Assembly: GCA_951406725.2 (NCBI GenBank)
Contig: OX597837.1
Span: 48,146,620 to 48,210,619 of the forward strand
Origin: Octopus vulgaris
Taxonomy: Eukaryota
DNA: 64,000 nucleotides
Direction: 5' to 3'
Positions 12,181-64,000 of the stretch are shown here, in pieces (position 1 is the first letter of the stretch; every line of letters begins with the position of its first letter). Below the pieces are notes generated by a model that was not told where the DNA came from, did no database searches, and worked only from the letters and a program-made list of their open reading frames with translations. The translations under genes and the position numbers were made by a program.

Positions 12181-12559
12181 ACCTTTGAGAGGGGAAGGGG
12201 GCACTGGAGGAGGTGATCTTGTGTCAGATGATGAACGGTTATAGTGAGACAGAGAGACAGAAACAGGTGTCTTGCTGTTGAGGAGGTACAAGGTTACCTG
12301 GCTGGGGGGAGGGAGAGAGAGAGAGGGAGATCAGGAAGGAAGACAGAAACAGGTGTGCTGTTGCAAGAGATTATTTGGTAACTCATGTGGAGGGGAGAAA
12401 GAATCACAAACATGTGGGTGAATGGATGATGAATGCTAAAGAAATAGTTCAGAGAGAGAGATAATGGTCAGGTAGATGTTCAGAGGAAATGGGGCAAGGT
12501 GCACATTTGTGCATGTATATACACTCATTGCTTCCAGAAGTTGGTCTCACTGAGATGGG

Positions 12560-12945
12560 TGAGTCTTCTTGAGAACTCCATATTGACAAGCATACTGTTC
12601 CTTTGAGATCACCTCCGAAGCTGAGATTGACCTTTACCACTTCATCCCATGTCTTTCTGGACCTCTGTCTTCCGTAGGCTCTCGCCATATTAAGTGATCA
12701 GCACTTCTTTATACAGCTGTCCTTCTTCATATGCATCACATGCCCATACAGTGCAGCCTGCTCTCTTGCATTCTTCCTCTAATTCTTCTTATTCTCAGCT
12801 TTTCTCTCAGCACATTTACATTGTCTACACACACTTACATTGCCCATCCAGTGGAGCATGATTGCTTCATTTCCCTCTAGTTTCCTCAAGGCCTATATCT
12901 CATTACCATGCAGCATTTCAGTTCTAACCACAAGCCTCACAGAAT
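12560..12945 (-). mobile_element. Degenerate RTE RT C-terminal fragment
   Basis: Minus strand gives RQRSRKTWDEVVK; DNA similarity to 8600-8990. Confidence 0.65.
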
Positions 12946-13914
12946 CTTTATATACATTTACATACTAACTGAATATCCCATCGTTGCTGGGTAATTTTCA
13001 CCCCAGAATATGCCTTGACTCACTTTCAGATTAGTACACTCATCTAAGTTTAATTTTCTGCTTTGACAGAGATTTTTCCCTATTTTTTCCATTACTCCCT
13101 TGCAACAAATGAGGGTGGGGAAGATTTTTATGAAAAAAAAAAGCTTTGAAAATTTATTACTCTACCCCTTTCTCTTCCAGACTAATTTTGTCCTTTTTCT
13201 TTTTTTTTTTGCACTATGCACTTAAAAACAATGTGAAATGCCTTGTCAGTAACAAAAAAAAAATTGTGATAATTTATGACTATTTTCACCCCCACCCCCC
13301 ATTCATTACCAATTTGCCTTTTTTTTTTTTTTTTTTTTTTGCACTACACACTTAAAGTGATGAGAGAGAAGCCTTGAAGATTAAAAAAAAAAAAAAAAAG
13401 CGATCACTATAACAATCTCCACTTCCTTTATTTTCAAACAGAAAATGAAATGTAATTAAAATATGATGGTGAAATCTTTGTCTAATCTTTTCAATAACCA
13501 CAACTCTCTATAAAGCATAAAATTTCAGCTGTTTTCTTTTTGTAATCATAGTTTTAAAATAGGGACTGTCTTAATCTGCAATTTGTTTCTGTTTATAATT
13601 TCAAAATCATTTTCAAATAAAAATATGTGTGATTTAAGGAAGATTTAGCTGTTGTTTCGAGCGCATCTGACGATCCCCACCTGGTATCTCCCTATTTCCT
13701 TTGTCACCCTGACATGTACTGATAATTTTCATCGTTTTCCTACTCATAAACATGTATGGAATGGTGCAGCAGTCCAATGCTGGGATTTAAGCAACAACAA
13801 CAACAACAAAAGTTTTGTAATTTAAATTTTTAACCCTGACCCTGCATCAAGCAAGTCTGTGTGTGTGTAAGAAAAAACATGCTTACTAAGAGAAAAGTAT
13901 ACTATTAAAATAAA

Positions 13915-14308
13915 CTAGCAGTATCGCCCGGCGTTGCTCGGGTTTGTTTTTCGACCCTTTAGAATTAGAACTTTTGAAAAGTAAAAATTTTGCATTATCT
14001 AGCTTGTTATTCTCTTTAAGTGAACATTTTTTTCTGGTTGAAATACACCGAAAAATGGCGACACAGCAGTCAAAAAATCGTAAGAAATAGGGATTTTCAT
14101 AGAAAAAAAGCACCTTTTTTATGTAAATAATTTTTAGTGTTAACATGGTCCGATTTGAATTTTATCTTCTACAGAAGGAAGAGCAAGTCTTCTATCATAC
14201 TCTCAATTTTGGTCAACTTGCGCCGCAGGGTCTCGGAGGAGATAGGGTTAGTTTGAAGGCTACCAAACCTGCCACACACAGACAACTTCAGCTTTATATA
14301 GAGAGAGA
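13915..14308 (-). mobile_element. Non-autonomous Helitron-like element
   Basis: On minus: 5' TC start (TCTCTCTCTATATAAAG), 3' subterminal hairpin CCCGAGCAACGCCGGG (13927-13942) then CTAG, inserted between A and T; no TIR or TSD. Confidence 0.8.
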
Positions 14309-14851
14309 TTATCTTTAACATACCTTTTTTTAAATCACTATGTCACCCAAATGAAATTCCTCACATGCAATACACTGACTGTGAGCAATATAATTTTATA
14401 GAGAGTGAGAGGGAGTGTGGTAAAAACGTGCAGCGAGGGGGCCAAGTTTTCCATGAGAAAATCCAAAAACCGAAAGAGCTGGACAGGTATCTTTTCTCTA
14501 CCACTGATTTAGAAATTTTATAATGAAATGAACATTTTCACACTTGGTTTATTGATGTACTTTTTCACACTGAATCCAAGTTTGTGATTCATTTATTCCA
14601 GAAAAATTTTAGAAAAATGTTACAGAAGTTTTATCATTGTTACCCAATCTGAAAGCAAGATTTTTGCATTAATAGCTAAATGAAAACAATGCATGAGAAA
14701 TAATACAAATAAAGAGAGAGTGTGTGTGTGTGTGTGTGTGTGTGATAAAGACTGGGTAAATATACAGAGGGAAAAAGATTAATTTTGACGGAGGGAAGAG
14801 TTGTCAATCTAAAAAAGTGAGTGACTTCTCGTAGCAAATTATATATTTTGT

Positions 14852-15111
14852 GGTACTACTTGAGAACAGTGGTCCCGGTGCGCGCACACGCGTACTTGCG
14901 CATCCGCACTAGCTAGTCGTGACTAGTCGATCCTTACTTTGTGTTTTGTGTTTTATTTACTTTAACAAAAATTATTTTCTTTGTGTAAAAAAATTATTTA
15001 TTTTGTGTTTGATTTACTTTGCTAGGTAGTCGTTGTAGGATCGACTAGTCACGACTAGCTAGCGCGGATGCGCAAGTGTGCGCACCAGGACCACTGTTCT
15101 CAATTAGTACC
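14852..15111. mobile_element. MITE with ~75-85-bp TIRs, Merlin-like
   Basis: GGTACTACTTGAGAACAGTGGTCCCGGTGCGC...GACTAGTCGATCCT is inverted at 15037-15111; termini fit GGNRM; flanks tattttgt / tatttttt form an 8-bp TSD with 1 mismatch. Confidence 0.8.
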
Positions 15112-16449
15112 TATTTTTTTATTATTATTTACAGATGACCTTCTCTTGAAAACCATTTTCCTCAAGGGCGCTCTGTTTCAGAGCTTTTCGGGACTAAACC
15201 CACAGACACATAGAGACATATTATATTCTTTAATAACAATATAATCAAACAGTTATGGTTTAAAACTAAATTTTGTATTATTTGTTCCGGTTAAGAAGAT
15301 TGTGAGAGAGCAATCAGTAATACATAAATCGTAATGGTAATTTTATTTCATTCATATCTGTAGGAATTCTGGTGGGGGTTAATGTTTACTTTGACACCCA
15401 AGCACCAAAGCAAATAAAAACAAGATCTTGTGTACCAGGGTGAGAGAAACAAATTCATAAATACGGTGTTGAATATATTTTCATTATGGAAAAAAGGGCA
15501 ATTTAGCCGTTGTTTTTAGCACATCTCCACCTTTGGGATCTTTTTTAAAACCTTTTTCTATTATTCAAAGGAAAAATAAATTAATGTAAAACTTTTTTCC
15601 ATTGCACTCGAGCAAAAAAATAATTTATGAATTTCTTTCTCTTGGAAAATTCTTTGCCCACAAGTTTGTTTATAATCGTAATCTATGCTGTTTGAAAGGT
15701 ATTTGTATAAAATTTCATCAAAATTTTGTTTTTGTATCTGGTGTGCAGGATTCTTCATGTGAATTCGTGTGTTGAAGCATATTTTATTTTCTGGGGAGAT
15801 GCCGGTTCATTGGCGCAAATTTTTGTTTTCATATTCGTTTAATACAAATTTTTTACTTATTACACTTGTTTCTTGGGTGGAGGTGGTTAAAGTAAACCTT
15901 AACCCTGAGAGCGGTTTTTCCTATTTTTATGCCTATTTTGATTCAAACAGGTCATGAAAATCAATATTATAGATGATGATGATGATGATGACAATTTCTA
16001 ACAAAGACACTAAATGGTATTGGAGGAATATAGCCAATTGAATTGACCTTAGTATATATTTTATTATAAATCTCAAGGGAATGAGAGGCAAAATTTATCT
16101 TGTTGGCAGGGTTAAACTGGAATATACGTACCGCAATGAAACTAAATACTTTGATGTTATTTAACTGTAGATGAACTTTGATTGAGCAGACATGACTGCA
16201 AAGTGTTGTGTGACCCTCCTGTCTTTTATTGTCAATCTCAACTCTGCCTTTGTTTCACTCTTCAACATTCAGGCTGCTCTGTCAAATGTAAGACTTATTA
16301 ACATTGTCTTAAATTGATCACACATTGTCTTTTAGCTTCAAGATTTTGATGATGTGACTGTATATTTTTCAAATAACATCATAGGGTAGGTGTGAAAGGC
16401 CAGATGTGGCCAGTTTGAACATAAAACCAGTAGAGATCATAAACAAAGT

Positions 16450-16707
16450 GGAAGCACGTGGCTTAGTGGTTAGGGTGTCAGCATTATGATGGTAAAATTG
16501 TGGTTTCGATTCCTGGACCAGGCGATGCATTGTTTTCTTGAGCAAAACACTTCATTTCACGTTGCTCCAGTCCACTCAGCTGTCAAAAATGAGTAATGTT
16601 GTGAGGGACTGGTGTCCCATCCAGCTGGAGAACATATACACCATTGAAACTGGGAAACCGGGCCCATGAGCCTGGCTAGGCTTTAAAAGGGTGCATTTAT
16701 TTATTTA
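16450..16707 (+). mobile_element. tRNA-derived SINE with CORE-like body
   Basis: A box TGGCTTAGTGG, B box GTTTCGATTCC, body CTTGAGCAAAACACTT..CAGCTG..AAAATGAGTA, (ATTT)n tail. Confidence 0.75.
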
Positions 16708-17774
16708 ACATAAGCAAAAGGCCAGAAATTTTGAGGAAAGGAATGGATTATATTGGTGCCAGTGTTTGATAACAGCCTTGGAAAGATGAAACACAGTTGA
16801 TAGCATTATAAGGATTTGATCTCAGGACATTGACAGAATGCCTTTTGTCTGATGCTCTGACAGTTCAGCCAAATCCCTCAGCCTAATGATAATAATAATA
16901 GCATCAAGAGACTTTAGCTTATTTATGTTTGGATTACAGTGGATTAAAGTGTTGGGATCTTAAGTTATTATAAGTTGTAATCTACTTGTCGTTTTAATGT
17001 TTGCCCCCCCCCCCACACACACACACAAACACTCACTCCCCCTGGGGAGTTGGTTTTTCTTTTCACCAAGATTACTGGTGGTGTGGTGGTTATGATGGTG
17101 GGGTGGAGGTTGGAGTAGTGAGGTTATGATGGTTATGACAGGGTGGTAGTGGTGATGATGCAGTAGATACAACAGTGATGATGATGATGGTTGTGATAGT
17201 GTTGGTGAATACTCTCCTGATGCCTCCACCACCACCACTACCGTCTGGAAATGGGTTACCACTGGATAGCAGGAACACTATAACAATGAAGAATGTTTCA
17301 ATAACTTTTAGAACTGAGTGTTCAGCACGAGTCAGTTTCTTTCCAGTTGCTGACCTTGTTGTACACCACATGGACAGTTTTGTAATCAAAGGTCTTCCAG
17401 CGATGACCATCCCATCAGTTGTAGTGCGCATATATTTCAAAACAAAACAAATGATATATTTGCCTCCAAGTCCCTCTATCAGTAAATATTCTGTTGTTTT
17501 TCCAATTTCCTAAAAGTAACAACCCCAACATTAACATCATCATCATCTGGTTCAGATTGGATATGTCATCACAGTTTGAAACTGTTCTCATTCAGAGAAA
17601 CTGCCCTTGTATCTTTTATTTTGGTATGGGTGTTCTTCCTCATCACAACCATTTCGTATGAGCTGACACAAATTTAAAACTTTATAACCATAATCTTGAA
17701 ATGTTATAGTATCATGCATGCACACACACACACACATTTGAAGTGTTTGTTACCATTTATTTTCTTAATTTCAG

Positions 17775-60488
<42,714 letters not shown>

Positions 60489-61744
60489 CATATTGCCGCA
60501 GGTTGAACCTCTTGTTAACAAATTGAAACATGATAATAATGAATGGTTATTAATTAGGGTTAGTTTATGATGATGATGAGTGACTGTGGCTAAAAGCTCA
60601 TAGAAGAAAAAGAAAAAAATCAGATTAAGAGACCAACAAATTAAAAATAGTTGCAATAATTGGATGGTGAGAGATACCAACAAAGGAATAGATCAGTGCC
60701 CTTATACACAGATGTGCATGCAGGCATACAAGCTCACACACAAACATTCAGATAAAAATCCTAGATAAATAACTTTATCTAAGCATATTATACACTTTTA
60801 CCACAGTTGTTAAGATGGCTGCTAAAAAAGGGGAGGGGGGAGATGGTGGGGAAGAAAGAATAATGGTATAAACTGCTACCATCACCACCACCACTACTTC
60901 TACAGCCTCATCACACACCACCACCACCACCACCTTCATTACCAAAACTTCTTTAACCTCAGCCTCACCACCACCACTTATCCAACATTATCCTTACCTA
61001 CCACCCTTTCATTATTCTAACCCTTTTTATCACTCTCCTCCTTTCCCCCAACTGATACTCAACTTCAAAATATCTTTAGAATTGTTTTTGTGTTTTGTTG
61101 TTTACTAATTCATAAAAAGTCATTCCTGCTTAATTTTACCAATATAAAGGAAGGTATCTTCTGTGCATAAAGTAAGTGGGTAGTGGTTGAACTACTTTCC
61201 AAGTTCTCTTTATCTGTAGCAGAAAGCTGCCCAATTTTCAAAATGTTAAATCTTACCCTCATAACTCCATTCTCAGTTATAAGCAGCAGCACTGAACTAA
61301 GGCCTGTGCTTATGAAATCACCCATCCCAGTTAAGTAGCAGTTACTGGTCCCTAGTTTTGCAGGACTACTGATCCCAGTTAACCAGTTGCTGAGATCATT
61401 TCCCACTGAACCTGACATCTTTTATTAAAGGTTGTTGCATTTTCTTGCCAATTTTGAAGTCAACTCGGAATTGTACAATCTTTGGATTGTATGACTCGCT
61501 TTCCCCACTTTCTCTTTCTTGTATTTCTTAAGGAAATTCGTGAACTCCATTTCATCCCTAGACAGTTCAAAGTGGAATGTGGAGGAGGGGCAATTCTAGC
61601 AAAATTAGTTTTGTTCTTTATACCTGAAAGAAAATAAGGAGTAAAAATAAAAATATACTAAGTGTTCAGTATACGATTACATTAGAAGTGTACTGTGTAA
61701 CAAGGCAGAATTGTGCTCAGTATGTACATCTATTATTGCAGGGG

Positions 61745-62225
61745 TTTAGCAGGATTATTATAGTATCAGACAAAAATGCCTTCTGACGTTTTGTGTTCAA
61801 GCCCTGCCAAGGTCAGTTTTGCCTTTCATCCTTTCAGGATCAATGAAGAACCATTCAAGGACTGGGGTTGATGTAGTTGACTTATCTACTTCCCACACAT
61901 TTCAAGTCTTGTCTATATTAGAAACATTATTGGACCATTAAATTCTGAGTTCAAATCCAGTCAAGACTGACTTTGCCTTTTATCTTTCCAGGGTTGATAG
62001 AATAAGTACTAGTCAAATACCTGGGGTCAGTTTAAACCCCTCCCCCAAATTTGCGACCTTAATGCCCATGTTAAAAATTATGGGCAATGGATTGGCAGAA
62101 TCATCCAAAAAATATTAAACAAATTACTTTACAGCATCTGTTCTTGCTATTTTGTTGTGAGTGCAGATTCCACCAAGGTCAACTTTGTCTTTCATCCTTC
62201 TGCAATTGATAAAAACCAACTAACC
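61745..62225 (+). mobile_element. Three degenerate tandem Meta-domain-like SINE remnants (putative 3' UTR)
   Basis: Repeated TTTG(C/T)CTTT(C/T)ATC(C/T)TT core at ~61818, 61971 and 62184. Confidence 0.6.
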
Positions 62226-63859
62226 TCTCTATAGCCTTGTAACTATCTTGAAAATGATCATTATTACTATTATTCCTGCCTTGAAAAATTATCCTACCTC
62301 AGTGGAATATTTTGTTCAGTGGAATGCAGAAAAAAACATTTAAGATTCTTTCCATAGCAGGGTAGTGTTGGAGATTGAGGTGTTTTCAGAGCCTAATTTG
62401 AATGGATGGAGTAGATATATTTTAAAAGCTACAAAAACCCATGTCCATTTCATGAGCAGATACACATACAACGCACATGCTTTATGCATACAGTACACAT
62501 ACTGCACCTACAATACACACGTATACACTGTCGTTTTTGTATAACTGTACATTATACACAGCAACATATATAATCCTTTAGCCAACCCCACACATATTCT
62601 TCATATCTTCTTCCCTTCAATAACAGTCTTAATTCATCTGTAACCCCATCCCATTTTTGTGTGTGTGTCTAACAATTTGTTGGTTGCTAGGATCACAAAG
62701 AGAATCTTAATGTCGTCTCAGAATGAAATAGAAAATGAAAAAAACTTTTGGCATCACTTGAAAAACTTAATTTGAATAGAGACTATAAATAGATAGTAAT
62801 TTACAGCTGCTTTTAGAATAACCAAGCACATGGCTCATGATATTCTCTAAAGATTCCATAAGCTAAGTATTCTGTCATTGGAGAGAGAGAAGTCATCTTA
62901 TTGTGGTTGTCTGTCTCTCACACACAAACACACACACATTTAATAGGAACACACATATATACACATTACTTTGTGCTCTTTGGCTGTGGTAAGAAGGAAC
63001 CGGTCAGTGGTGCCACAAGGTGGTGTGTTAAGAAGGGGGCAGGGAGACTGGAATATTGGAAGTCAAAAGGGTTTAGAAGAATAAAGGTGGTGGTAGTTGT
63101 CTGCCATGAATAGTGTCACTCCGCTCTATCATCACTTTCTTCATGGTGAAGTGTAATTTTTATCTTTTACTTTGCATGTGAGAGATTAATTCTATGTAAA
63201 TGATGTTAATAAGAAACAGAAAGTAAATATAACAAACGGAACTGCAGGGATCAGAACAGACACAGACAGACTGACATAACAGCTAAAAAACAGTATTTTG
63301 AAGTATTTTTTTTTCTACTAATTTATAATATTGAAAAAATAAAATATTAAGTATTTATATATCTATATATATAAATATATCCTAAAAATAAAAAAAAAAA
63401 GCCCATGGAAAAAAGGTGACAATTTTACCGTGAAATGCAGAAAATGACATTTAAAAAAAAAAAGTGGGGGAGTATAGGGGTTGGGGAGGGTGTGGGCTGA
63501 AAAGTGAATGAAAAAAGATAAAATCTAAATATTTGACGAAAAAAAAAAACCTTAAATTTTTTATTAAAGTAAAAACATAAACAAACTGTTTTCCACTGTG
63601 TTTTTTTCTTTCTCTGCTTTGGTTCATTGTCTGTTAAATACATGTCAACCCAAATCATAGAATTAATGGATTTACTGCACAGGATGTATATGTAACCATA
63701 ACCACTCATCTCATTTGTAGATGCAGCATAATGGAATTCAATATAAATATCTTTAAGGTACAGGATGACAGCCAACAGGATTTCACTGCTATTTCCAGCA
63801 AGTTCAGAAACTCAAGTAAATAGGCATTTCCATATTTTAGTGAGAGCAAATTCTTCAAA

Positions 63860-64000
63860 TATATACATACGTATATATATATATATGTATGTATACATAC
63901 ATGTATGTATGTACATACATACATACATGTATACATACATACATACATGTATACATACATACATACATGTATGTATACATACATACATACATGTATGTAT
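63860..64000. repeat. (TA)n/(TACA)n microsatellite
   Basis: Direct inspection. Confidence 0.9.

Noticed and set aside
5100-17774. Upstream ZSWIM exon(s) or promoter
   Set aside because: I could not find the expected N-terminal sequence ending ..VLQV before GFHLSG, so it is probably upstream of the window; a short diverged exon could have been missed.
63335-63400. AATAAA polyadenylation signals implying a ~2.9-kb 3' UTR
   Set aside because: AATAAA is frequent in this AT-rich DNA; not supportable without transcript data.

Overview
Eukaryotic, AT-rich, repeat-dense animal DNA; the SINE/LINE families and (TA)n load look like Octopus (inference). One protein-coding gene is supported: a + strand ZSWIM4/5/6-family SWIM zinc-finger gene with 16 phase-consistent GT-AG exons from 17775 to the stop at 60488 (about 1090 aa). 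Its N-terminal exon(s) were not found and probably lie upstream of the window. The rest is a >5-kb 33-bp minisatellite (1-5091), decayed non-LTR retrotransposons (RTE, CR1-like, Hero-like, R4-like, Penelope GIY-YIG), DNA transposons (Tc1, DD37D maT, Merlin-like MITE, non-autonomous Helitrons), several tRNA-derived SINE families and long microsatellites. Most notable: (1) a head-to-head palindrome of a tRNA-headed element carrying Penelope-type minimal hammerhead ribozyme cores (42221-42643); (2) a C4HC3 PHD finger inserted inside the RTE reverse transcriptase; (3) variable-number ~65-bp double-hairpin arrays in the RTE 3' UTR; (4) a stop-free, frame-preserving last intron of the ZSWIM gene. 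Most ORF-track entries are microsatellite or antisense artefacts.
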